A DNA stretch of 64,000 nt, from the NCBI GenBank assembly GCA_051530055.1, contig CM121341.1, positions 1,612,001 to 1,676,000 of the forward strand, written 5' to 3'. Below, piece by piece: positions 51,201-62,607 of this stretch. The notes under the pieces were generated by a model, which saw nothing but the letters and a program-made list of their open reading frames with translations, made no database searches and had not been told where the DNA came from. Position numbers and translations under genes: made by a program. Numbering within the stretch: the first letter of the stretch is position 1; every line of letters begins with the position of its first letter. The DNA is from Neoechinorhynchus agilis (lineage: Eukaryota; Animalia; Acanthocephala).

Positions 51201-54141
51201 TACAAATAATCAACTTCTTGGTTCATAAGAGAAGTTTTGGTAACACCGTCCGGATCTTTTTTTAAGAAGAGAGGACTGCGTTTTTTTATGCATGATTATT
51301 TCATTGCCATGTAAGCGCAGGTGTAAAAAAGTTATGGATCCATATTCCGTTTCTTACTGATCGGTCTGTTGGCCAAAGTCAGCAAGATAAACCATGGAAC
51401 CTACAAATAATCAACTTCTTGGTTGATAAGAGAAGTTTTGGTAACACCGTCCCGATCTTTTTTTAAGAAGAGAGGACTGCGTTTTTTATGCATGACCATT
51501 TCATTGCCGTGTAAGCGCAGGTGTAAAAATGTATGGATCCATATTCCGTTTCTTACTGATCGGTCTGTTGGCCAAAGTCAGCAAGATAAACCATGGAACC
51601 TACAAATAATCAACTTCTTGGTTCATAAGAGAAGTTTTGGTAACACCGTCCTGATCTTTTTTTAAGAAGAGAGGAGTGCGTTTTTTATGCATGACCATTT
51701 CATTGCCATGTAAGCGCAGGTGTAAAAATGTATGGATCCATATTCTGTTTCTTACTGATCGGTCTGTTGGCCAAAGTCAGCAAGATAAACCATGGAACCT
51801 ACAAATAATCAACTTGGTTCATAAGAGAAGTTTTTGTACCACCGTCCCGGATCTTTTTTAAGAAGAGGGGACTGCGTTTTTTATGCATTACCATTTCATT
51901 GCCATGTAAGCGCAGGTGTAAAAACGTATGGATCCATATTCCGTTTCTTACTGATCGGTCTGTTGGCCAAAGTCAGCAAGATAAACCATGGAACCTACAA
52001 ATAATCAACTTCTTGGTTCATAAGAGAAGTTTTGGTAACACCGTCCGGATCTTTTTTTAAGAAGAGAGGACTGCGTTTTTTTATGCATGATTATTTCATT
52101 GCCATGTAAGCGCAGGTGTAAAAATGTATGGATCCATATTCCGTTTCTTACTGATCGGTCTGTTGGCCAAAGTCAGCAAGATAAACCATGGAACCTACAA
52201 ATAATCAACTTCTTGTTTCATAAGAGAAGTTTTGGTAACACCGTCCGGATCTTTTTTTAAGAAGAGAGGACTGCGTTTTTTATGCATGACCATTTCATTG
52301 CCATGTAAGCGCAGGTGTAAAAATGTATGGATCCATATTCCGTTTCTTACGGATCGGTCTGTTGGCCAAAGTCAGCAAGATAAACCATGGAACCTACAAA
52401 TAATCAACTTCTTGGTTCATAAGAGAAGTTTTGGTAACACCGTCCGGATCTTTTTTTAAGAAGAGAGGACTGCGTTTTTTATGCATGATTATTTCATTGC
52501 CATGTACGCGCAGGGGTAAAAATGTATGGAACCATATTCCGTTTCTTACTGATCGGTCTGTTGGCCAAAGTCAGCAAGATAAACCATGGAACCTACATAT
52601 AATCAACTTCTTGGTTCATAAGAGAAGTTTTTGTACCACCGTCCAGATCTTTTTTAAGAAGAGAGGACTGCGTTTTTTATGCATGACCATTTCATTGCCA
52701 TGTAAGCGCAGAGTAAAAATGTATGGATCCTCCATATTCCGTTTCATACTGATCGGTCTGTTGGCCAAAGTCAGCAAGATAAACCATGGAACCTACATAT
52801 AATCAACTTCTTGGTTCATAAGAGAAGTTTTTGTACCACCGTCCAGATTTTAAGAAGAGAGGACTGCGTTTTTTATGCATGACCATTTCATTGCCATGTA
52901 AGCGCAGGTGTAAAAATGTATGGAACCATATTCCGTTTCTTACTGATCGGTCTGTTGGCCAAAGTCAGCAAGATAAACCATGGAACCTACATATAATCAA
53001 CTTCTTGGTTCATAAGAGAAGTTTTTGTACCACCGTCCAGATCTTTTTTAAGAAGAGAGGACTGCGTTTTTTATGCATGACCATTTCATTGCCATGTAAG
53101 CGCAGGTGTAAAAACGTATGGATCCATATTCCGTTTCTTACTGATCGGTCTGTTGGCCAAAGTCAGCAAGATAAACCATCGAACCTACAAGTAATCAACT
53201 TTTTGATTTATAAGAGAAGTTTTGGTAACACCGTCCGGATCTTTTTTTAAGAAGAGAGGACTGCGTTTTTTATGCATGACCATTTCATTGCCATGTAAGC
53301 GCAGGAGTAAAAATGTATGGATCCATATTCCGTTTCTTACTGATCGGTCTGTTGGCCAAAGTCAGCAAGATAAACCATGGAACCTACATATAATCAACTT
53401 CTTGGTTCATAAGAGAAGTTTTTGTACCACCGTCCAGATCTTTTTTAAGAAGAGAGGACTGCGTTTTTTATGCATGACCACTTCATTGCCATGTAAGCGC
53501 AGGTGTAAAAATGTATGGATCCATATTCCGTTTCTTACTGGTCGGTCTGTTGGCCAAAGTCAGCAAGATAAACCATGGAACCTGCAAATAATCAACTTCT
53601 TGGTTCATAAGAGAAGTTTTGGTAACACCGTCCCGATCTTTTTTTAAGAAGAGAGGACTGCGTTTTTTATGCATGACCATTTCACAAGCCATGTAAGCGC
53701 AGGTGCAAAAATGTATGGATCCATATTCCGCGTTTCTTACTGATCGGTGTGTTGGCCAAAGTCAGCAAGATAAACCATGGAACCTACAAGTAATCAACTT
53801 TTTGGTTCATAAGAGAAGTTTTGGTAACACTGTCCCGATCTTTTTAGAAGAGAGGATCATGTTTTTTTAAGGCATTTTTGACCATTTCATTGCCATGTAA
53901 GCGCAGGTGTAAAAATGTATGGATCCATATTCCGTTTCTTACTGATCAGTCTGTTGGCCAAAGTCAGCAAGATAAACCATGGAACCTACAAATAATCAAC
54001 TTCTTGGTTCATAAGAGAAGTTTTTGTACCACCGTCCCGATCTTTTTTTAAGAAGAGAGGACTGCGTTTTTTATGCATGACCATTTCATTGCCATGTAAG
54101 CGCAGGTGTAAAAATGTATGGATCCATATTCCGTTTTTACT
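42209..54141. repeat. Tandem satellite array, ~199-bp monomer, about 60 copies
   Basis: Period 199 measured at ATGCATGAC 42722 to 42921. One BamHI, one NcoI and one NsiI site per consensus monomer, plus several T-tracts. Confidence 0.98.
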
Positions 54142-54175
54142 TGCGCGTAACTGAATTCCCTTGCTGTTTTTGCAG

Positions 54176-55865
54176 ATGCGTTTAGTTTCTTGTCTTGCGT
54201 GGGTTCCCAAAGGTAGGGCGGTGGAATTTCCTGCAAAGGTATAAATATTTTCCTTTTCTTCTTTTCTGTATTTCCAATTTTTGTAGGTGGATGCTATTCA
54301 CCCCCGGGATCTTGTTGCCGACGGTGACAATATAGGATTCCTTAATCCTCTTGAAATGATCGTCGATGACCCGTTATTGGCCGAGAACGGTTGTGAAGTT
54401 GGTTTTGACATTTCTGTTTTTCTTGAGGTCAATTCCCCGCGCATCAATAGTTTGATTCCGACGATGAAGATTTGATTATACAACCAACGGACAATGTGTT
54501 ATTGGCTGGTTCGATTGATGACGATTTTAGCCAAATTCATGCATACGGTTGGTTTATTCTTTTTTTCTGAATTTTAAAGTTGTTCAGTCTACAATGAAAT
54601 GGATATGTACATTCACCACGACATAAGCCTTGACTGTATTTCAAGTGCTCTTGAGTACCTTCCAAGCTCGAATGGATTGAATTATATTGTTGTTGGCAAT
54701 ATGGAAGGCCGTATTGATTTGTGGAACTTGGATATTGTTGATGTTTTTGAACCAATTTGTTCTTTAAAACGTGAGAACGAAACGATGGATGCGCACTCGA
54801 AATCCGTTGTGCATCTTGCGAATAGTCCATTGTTAGAGAACATCATGGCGAGTTGCGGTGCCGATAAATCGATTGTTATTTGGGATATTGATAAACTTAC
54901 TGATGTTGACGTTGCAGTTGTGCACAGAGAAAAGGTACGATTTAATGACAGAAATTATCCGCCACTTATCTTGTAAAATTAATAATCACATCGAATTTAT
55001 GGATATCTTTCGTTAATTTTTTGTTATTTTAAACGATAGTTTCGAAAAGTAAAAGCTAAACCTCCGAATTTCGTTACTAATTTGATCTCGACAACGAACT
55101 TTTATTGGTTACGTCGCTTACACATCTATTTATTGCACACAACACCTAATACTATACTTTTCGATGGTTATGAGAATTATACGTAGGTGAATATGGCTAA
55201 ATTCAATAAATTCGAAAAATCCATTCTCTTGTCATGCTCCAGCGACAGGTAAGTACTTTAATTCGTGTTCTTCGTGTATTACGTTTTTATTTAGTCGAGC
55301 TATCCTTCATGACTTGCGATGCGTTGGAATGTCTTATAAAGAGTTCACATTTCCAGCAGGGATCGAAAGCATTGATTGGTTATTGTCGAAAAACGGATCA
55401 ACGTCGTACTCCTTTATGGTTTAAATACCAAGCAAAATGAATCTTCCATCAAACGCACTTTAGGGCTGCTGCGAAGATGGAAAAGTCTATGAGTTTGACT
55501 GCAGAGGCGACAAATGCATTCCAATGCGATCCCAATTGGTATCCGACTCGAATTGTGGTCCCGGTAACTAATTTTGCCATTTACTTATCTCTACACTGAT
55601 TCAAGAGATGTGCATCAGCTCGCGTATTCCTGGATTGATGGTCACAGTAGGTGGGTCAAGTGACGGATCTCTATCAAAGAATACCGTGGAACAGCTAAAA
55701 ATTTGGGACTATAGTAAACACGAAATAGAACTCAGGAAAACCAAGGATCTTAAAGTTGGAACTGCGATTTGTATCGCAGAGAATCCGGATCATGGAGGAA
55801 TATTCGCCATTGGCAGCTGTCGTATCCGACCGAGGATCATAAATACGTCTATTTTTTTATCCTAA
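54176..55865 (+). CDS. PWP1: Periodic tryptophan protein 1 (WD40, ribosome biogenesis), 8 exons
   Basis: Exons joined by GT-AG introns (54239-54286, 54398-54450, 54548-54587, 54935-55186, 55249-55294 and two more) give MRLVSCLAWVPKG, PTDNVLLAG, MYIHHDI, YIVVGNM..IDLWNLDIVDVFEP, MASCGADKSIVIWD, CEDGKVYEFDCR and LKIWD, collinear with PWP1. Confidence 0.92.
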
Positions 55866-56150
55866 AATATGACTGGTTATGTGCCTCAAGTTTCTATTTA
55901 AGTAATATTTTTTAAAGAAAGCAATTTTGTTTATTTGGAAAGGGCTTTAAATTGGGATTGATGGTGGCTCTCAATTATTTATTTACACAACGAACTTTTA
56001 CCCCAATTTTAATATCAGCTGGATATAAAAGCACCGAAAATAGTGGTAAGTCCGTTTATTTTTGATGAACTTTTGTTTTCGAAAATTGACACTTGGCCTG
56101 TTGTAATGATAGAATCCTTCTTTGATTGTATTCGTGGGAATGAAATTATT

Positions 56151-56313
56151 AATTGTTCTGGCAATTTTACTCTTAATCTCCCCGATATTGATTGATTTAT
56201 TTTAAATTTTTGACCGCATGAGGTCAATGTCTGAAGATTACCGCATGCGGTCGAAAATTTACAATAAATCAATTAATATCGGGAAGGTTAAGAGTAAAGT
56301 TGCCATAACAATT
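56151..56313. repeat. 163-bp fold-back (MITE-like) hairpin: ~73-bp imperfect arms, 17-nt spacer
   Basis: AATTGTTCTGGCAATTTTACTCTTAATC..GACCGCATGAGG pairs with CCGCATGCGGTCG..TAAGAGTAAAGTTGCCATAACAATT. No target-site duplication found. Confidence 0.75.
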
Positions 56314-56339
56314 GATAGAATCTTTATTTCCGAGCTTTA

Positions 56340-56700
56340 ACCGTCTTACGGCTTCTTCAGGAATCTACAAAGGCGCGTGTTACGGAAACGACATTGAAGT
56401 GTAGAAAGTTCGTCCCGTCTGTTGTGCAGTTCTGGGCTTTGCCAAGCTGATGCCCTGAGCTATCAGTCGCATTGTCTGCGGGCGTCGGCAATAGAGTTCC
56501 ACCGGGTCCTTGACCGCAAGCCTAACTCGTGCCGATAGTTTTCCCCGTCGCTATGAAACTGAGTTGTGCTCTGCACATGATGTAGCCATGATTTTGCGTC
56601 CGGATTAAATGCGTTTCGAACCGGTTCCATCATACGTTGACGCAGAGACCGTTCAGTTTTCCCCATGTAGATGACCCCGTGATTGTCATCGGCCAACATC
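56340..56700 (-). mobile_element. Penelope-like element GIY-YIG fragment
   Basis: VIYMGKTERSLRQRMMEPVRNA matches the YIGxTxRxLxxRxxEH motif. Confidence 0.7.
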
Positions 56701-56784
56701 GTTCGCGGTCATCTCGTAGACCACGTTGTTTCGAGTGCAAATCGACTCTTGTCTTTCATTTGTACATATCAAGGGTGACCTGAC

Positions 56785-58130
56785 ATGATTTCCAAGTATG
56801 ATGTCCTCATGCTTCTTCAGAAACTACCACGCAAATCATCCCCTAACTCTTCCATTCCCAACTGGGCTCTACGCTTTATCATCCCAGATTTAATTTATTT
56901 ACTTACCCTTATAATCGACCAAAGTTTCAAGACCGGAATCTTCCTTAATTGCCTTAAAACAGTTCGGGTAGCCCTGCTCCCGCAAGCAGGTAAACTTATT
57001 TCCACCTCAAGTTCTCGACCCATCTCTATCTTACCTTCCACTCTAAAATCTTAGAGAGATGCTTTAAAGCACACCTTCTGCCAATCCTCAATCGAAAAAT
57101 TTTACCCATTCAATTCAATTTCCGGCCCGGTTTCGGTTCTCTTCTTCATAATCTCTATGCACAACCTTTATTCATCTCTCGACTCATTCAAATCGACATT
57201 TATAAAGCTTTTGATTCCTTCGATCACAATCTTCTCCTTGATACATGCTATAAATTTGGTCTTGCCGCCTGGCAAATCAAATGGTTGAAATCTTTGCTAA
57301 ACAATAGATTACAATTTATCGAAATAGGGAGCATCGCCTCGAACACCTTATCAATCAACAAGGGAGTTCCTCAAGGGACTGTCCTCCCCCCACTCTTTTC
57401 AACATTTTCCTGGGCGATCTTATTCCATCTTCTTATTCTAAATACTTTTTGTATGCTGATGATCTGACAATCATTACGCATATACCGGCTCCCCTCTAAC
57501 TCTCAATTACGTCTAACGAGATTCTCACATTCAAGCATTTTGCTTCTCTAAATGTCTTACCCTTAACTTAACTAAGTGCTTTGATATCGTCCCCTCAATC
57601 TCAAATAGCCCTTTCGTATACTTAATCTTCATTCCCAGAAAAATTTAAAGCGGGACAAGCACACATCAATTTCGTTGCACAAAGGGTCCACTAAGCTCTA
57701 TCTTCTTAAACGCCTCCGATTCCTTGGGTTATCATTCAAAGACCTTAAGTACTTTTATAACATCGCCATCCTACCAACGCTCGCCTACGTGCATATCCAA
57801 CATTCTGCAATTTTTCTTCTAAACTTTTCAGAAAACTTAATACATTTCACAAGAGAATTGCGCTCTAACCTGCTCCTCCGAACTCCCGCCCTCAGAAAAA
57901 CACCTTTTTCTAATCTTTCAAAAGCACTCAAAGCACCTTCATTCTCTTCCTCCTCAATTTCTACCACACATTTCTCCTTTTACACTTTCAATACTCGCGT
58001 CGCCCCAATATTTCCCATCCTTCAGTTCCTCGCACAAATCTTTACCTCAATTCCTTTTCCCCATAGCTCAATCCTCCAAATGCGAATTGATTCGAATCAA
58101 AGCACGGAAAACAACAACCCAACAACTTAA
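56785..58130 (+). mobile_element. Decayed LINE RT, apparently the same family as the 21.3-22.1 kb RT
   Basis: GIFLNCLKTVRV, SRPISILPS, DIYKAFDSFDH, KGVPQGTVLPPLF, MYADDLTII. Confidence 0.85.
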
Positions 58131-58699
58131 TCATCCAAAATCAAATAAATCAAAATCAACTAACGAACCAAAAGCAATTCTACAACAAAAGCGAAACAAC
58201 GTTCGAGATCTGTTTGGACATCAAAATTTAGATTGTCATGAACTGGAGGAAAGACACAACCTCACAATCTCTCCTGCGCATTAGAATGTTCGGAGGACCC
58301 GTGTTATTATTATTATGTTTCCGGCGTTTCTTGACATCCAGTGATTGTCAAGATTCGCCGGTTTAAGCGCGCTTCGAACGTCACTAGTGAACTTTCCATT
58401 GATATATTTTTAACTCGAGAACCGGTTTTCCTCCATATCTATTCCGTGACCGCTGCTAAACCGCATGATCTCGTTACGTTTGTATCGATTATCCACGACA
58501 ATTGCGTTAACTCTATCGCCAATCGTTTCTCCGTTATTGACGATGAGCAAATCAGGGGCGTTCCCCTGCATCTCAGCATAACTTGCCTGTTTCTTTACCC
58601 AAAGGGATTATGGGAATCTCGATGCATGACTATCCTTTTACGGCACTGTTCGCGATACCAACTGAAATCAGTGACCTGATTAACTTTGAAACACAAATT

Positions 58700-59610
58700 G
58701 AGGAACGGTAGATAATCAGGTGGTTTGTCTCGCGTCACCTAAATCCCTCTAGTAAGATCCAAAGAATTCTACTTCTCCGTGTCGTCGACCTCACAAACCT
58801 CTCTGCCGGTGAATAGCACATCATCCACATAACGGAGGTAAATTCGGCTCGACATTAAATGTGCGAAGATACACTGCTTTTACAAATCATCGAAGAAAGT
58901 CATATCCAATACAGTAGCAAGGCTGCTTCCCATTGACAGTCCACGGATTTGTATATAAAATCGATCGTTATATCGAATGAAGTTGCATTCTAAAAACACT
59001 CGAAAGTCAAATCACGTCCGTTAGTAGCACTCCGAAATAGGTTTAATTTCGCTCTGCTCTCATTTAGCGGCTTCTCGAGTGCTCGTACCACCCCCCTCAT
59101 TCTCGACGTTCGTATAGTTCGAGACAAAATCAATATTCTTATTTCATTGAGTGATAAAGGCGGTGACCGAATTTCGATCGATAAAGGTGTAGAAGCGATC
59201 ATGAGATGGATGAATTAATGCGAGATCTGACTACGTATATGACGAATCAAAAGACCATTGCAAATTGAGGCGCAAAAGGTTGAACGGCATCTTTCGCAGC
59301 CCAAAATGTCAATTTTATTGAAAGCTGGAGGATTGATGTGACTGTAAAACTGAGTAAGGAACTTTCTAATCTTGCATTCACTTGAGTTTTGCACGATGAA
59401 TTGTGAAATCAAACAAAAAATGGTAGGGAAAGCGGGGATCCTTGAGGGACACTTTTAATAGGATAAAAGAACCTCTTTAGCGGATAGTCCTGGAAATAAA
59501 AGTACTTTGATCTCGGAGTATTACATACCCCGGTTATTCAAAGTCGACGTTATCGTTGGCTTTCGCAATATCGAAATTGATTGAAATGTTCGTTGATCCA
59601 GTGTTGCAGA
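58700..59610 (-). mobile_element. Penelope-like RT fragment
   Basis: Minus strand reads SINFDIAK..NV (~59580) and FYIQIRGLSMGSSLA..IYLRYVDDVLF (~58820-58960), a Penelope-type RT signature. Confidence 0.75.
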
Positions 59611-60260
59611 TAAAATTATGAATGATATCTCTTATTGCAGTGTGCATTGATTTGTTCGAAATAAAACTGTGGCATCGATGATCAATGCAGTTGTGCTCAA
59701 AAACGAAGTCCAAAATTGGAGCTTTTCTATCTATCTTAACGACAATAATCAAGGTTTTACAATAATAAAGCACAAAACGTGCAATCACCACCGCCCCCAA
59801 AATTGGAGCTTCTCTCCTTCCTCGGCTGTCGCTACCACTCTTTGTTTGTACCAAAATTCCGTTTAATTGAGCCAAGAAACGCGAGAGCCAATAGGAAACA
59901 GAAGCCACAGGTCGGCCGCGTAGTGCCGAATCATTGAACAGCGAACATAGCAAATAAAACAACAACAGCAAATCCCATCTTTAAGCTAGATCAAGATTCC
60001 GAAACGAAATATTATTATTTTGTCTTGTTCCTGCCTTCGGAACCGAAACACCAAGGTTTTTAGATAGCGCTTTATACAGTGAACTGTGTACGTGTCTTGT
60101 TTCCCTTGTTGAAATGCAAAGACGAGACCCTGAAAAAATTGGTTTCAAGCGTTGGTTGGTCGCTTAACTCGAACGTTACGATTATGAAAGCTGAAAACTC
60201 ATCAGTTGCAATTAAGAAAAAGAAAGCATAAACGATTCTCCTCCCTCATTTAAAATTTCG

Positions 60261-60359
60261 AAAAAAGATCTGGACGGTGGTACAAAAACTTCTCTTATAA
60301 ATCAAAAAGTTGATTATTTGTGGGTTCCATGGTTTATCTTGCAGACTTTGGCCAACAGA
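60261..60359 (-). repeat. Orphan half-monomer of the 199-bp satellite, inverted
   Basis: AAAAAAGATCTGGACGGTGGTACAAAAAC..GACTTTGGCCAACAGA is the reverse complement of the monomer with a few substitutions. Confidence 0.93.
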
Positions 60360-61683
60360 GCGAGTGTATAAATTACGGAGTGATATTGTTCTTAGGGCCA
60401 CGGGAGATCATCGCAAAGTTCCCTCAGAGAGTTGATCCAATGTGTGGGAGATTTAATTTTGCTAGTGTTTCCTCCTCTAAAGTTGAAGAATTTAGTTTCT
60501 TGGACTTGGATTAAGAAGAGTTTTCTTATCCAATCTTATGACTATCAAGAATACGATAAATAACATCATTGGGACAGTCAGCATATTTCTTCTTTTCGGC
60601 AGTACGAGCTGATTGTGACCAACTTCACCTCTTACCATTAATAAGCTTCCTATTACTAGATTAAAATTTTTGAATCAATCGCTGAATCAGCTCCCAAACA
60701 AACGATTCAGCCTCCAATTCCACGTGATGCTAAGCTGGATGAAGAAACCATAACTGGGATAAGCAAACTAAAACGATGACGCCTTCGTACATGTGAACCA
60801 AAAAATATCAAAATTAGACCATTCCGCATTATCCGATTATTAGGACTAAACCGACCGTATTGGATATTATCCTATAGATAGACAAAGGGTGATTCGTATG
60901 GTTTCTCAGTATCAAAATATATTATTAACGCTAACCATCGAATATTGTTGCATCCTAATGTCCGATTGCACAAGGCCAAAAGGGAAGACCTAAACCGATT
61001 AATACTAACAAAAGATCTCAAGCATGAGTCTCTCCTTTAAACTCGATCTTTGTCCTTTCTAAATGAATTCAAAGCACCGCCTTTCGGACGTTGTATTGTT
61101 TAGAAACGAAACAATCACTGTGAGTCCTAATTTTATAAAGGACAAGATGATCACTGGATAATCTGGCGGTGCTGCTCTTTTTTTGCAGAAATGGGGGAAA
61201 ATATGTGTATTGCAAACATGTTCTTGAACCGTCGATCTGCTAAGTTTATATTGCTTTTGCAAGTTCAGTTTTATCCGTTTTTTAGCATTTCCGAAATTTT
61301 CGCGATTTTCGAGAGAAAGCGAGTGCATTTTTCAAATTTTAAATATAATCTTTCTCGAGGAGTATTTTTTTCTACTTTGATGTTTTCAAAAATCAGTCAT
61401 GTTAAAAAGTAAAAACAAACCGCAAATTCCTCGGATTAAAACTAATCATCAAAATATTTTCGCTGAATAGTTAAATTCCCAATAAATATTAACATGCTTA
61501 ATGCATTATATAATAAAACGCCAATCTAACAAAAAATTGCATTTCCCATCAACTTTTTAAAGTGAATCACGATCATTCATGGATTACTCATCAGAAATTA
61601 CACCTACAAGAAAAGTTGAAATGACTCGATTTCGCATTAGTACGAAGAATCCTAAACTAAGCCCGAAAATTCGCACTCTCTCT

Positions 61684-62081
61684 ATGTCGCCAGTGCAAGT
61701 TCACGTTATTTATTGGTGAGTTCAAAATAAAGCTTAATAAATAGTCTTTTCTAGTGGAGTCTGAAGTTACGAACATCTGTATGAGAGATTGAAAAAAGCT
61801 CTTATATCAGAAGTCGGGAAAAGTGAAGAAGTCAACTTTGTTGGTTTTTGACATTAATGCGGTTCACTGAAATTGAAAGTTTAGACATCTGAGGCAACTA
61901 TGCTCCCCACTGGTTTGTTCGAAGTTAAATTGAACGGCGAGTTGATGTTCTCTAAAGATGTGAGATAAATAGATACGTGCTTTTCGGATCTCTAATCAAA
62001 CGTCTTAAGAACACGGGCAAGTTCCCAACACCAGCGGATATAAAGAAGATTGCTGATGCTGTAAAAATGTCGTCAGAGTAA
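61684..62081 (+). CDS. SELENOW: Selenoprotein W-like (Rdx family), 87 aa; exons 61684-61715, 61755-61839, 61885-61959, 62010-62081; Sec UGA 61762-61764
   Basis: Spliced product MSPVQVHVIYCGVUSYEHLYERLKKALISEVGKSEEVNFTSEATMLPTGLFEVKLNGELMFSKDNTGKFPTPADIKKIADAVKMSSE has the SelW YC-x-x-U motif and G.FEV..NG.L..SK. Three GT-AG introns of 39, 45 and 50 nt keep the frame. SECIS follows. Confidence 0.9.
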
Positions 62082-62089
62082 AGTCGAGT

Positions 62090-62148
62090 TTTTAGGCTAA
62101 ATGAAGGAATTGAGTGAAACGATTAGCTCAAAACCAGAACGCTTAAAA
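62090..62148 (+). promoter_or_regulatory. SECIS element
   Basis: Helix I TTTTAGGC/GCTTAAAA. Core ATGA (62101) with GA (62137-62138). Helix II GG..TTGAG/CTCAA..CC. Unpaired AAA 12 nt after ATGA. AATAAA at 62158. Confidence 0.82.
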
Positions 62149-62607
62149 TCTTCTTTAAATAAAAAATGTGTATATTCAGCAGATTAATACAACGGGTTTT
62201 ATAAGTAATTTTTGTATAATAAATGGAATTTTTAGGTTTAAAAAGTAAAGATGTGTTCGCGGCGACGGTAAATACAACACCTTTTTAAAACTACAGCAAC
62301 AAACGCAGTGCTCTTCAGGGATCGATACGCAACGATAATAAATATTTTGGTCGAGTCAAATCTCAGCCAAAAAAGTGAGAAGTATTTTGTCGTTTCTTCG
62401 TTTCGTTATTTTCAAAGTATAAACAAAGCGATAGGAATATATTCTGCACGTTAAAAAATATAAATAAACCAAATAAACAGCAATTATTGATCACTATTTT
62501 ATCGAACTCCATTTCCTTGGATGCTCCTCCATTTCCTCATCATTCGCCCAGCATGTTCTCTCCCCTGAAAAGCGATCGATCTATCGACCAGGAATACTTT
62601 TGGATTC

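Noticed and set aside
42209-54141. Array as CRISPR, 5S, snRNA or spliced-leader RNA cluster
   Set aside because: No unique spacers and no recognisable RNA gene. GTAAGC and ACTTTTTGA resemble a donor and an Sm site but are ~105 nt apart, and the Sm-like site is disrupted in a common variant.
42255-54236. Dozens of 60-140-aa ORFs (MTISLPCKRRCKNVWIHIPF..) in the array
   Set aside because: They are chance readings of the satellite monomer, broken at variable homopolymers, with no protein motif.
56243-56263. GGTCGAAAATTTACAATAA similar to GGTCGAAAATCTAACCAATAA near the palindrome centre (26260-26280)
   Set aside because: Short AT-rich match with opposite orientation relative to the respective symmetry centres; could be chance.
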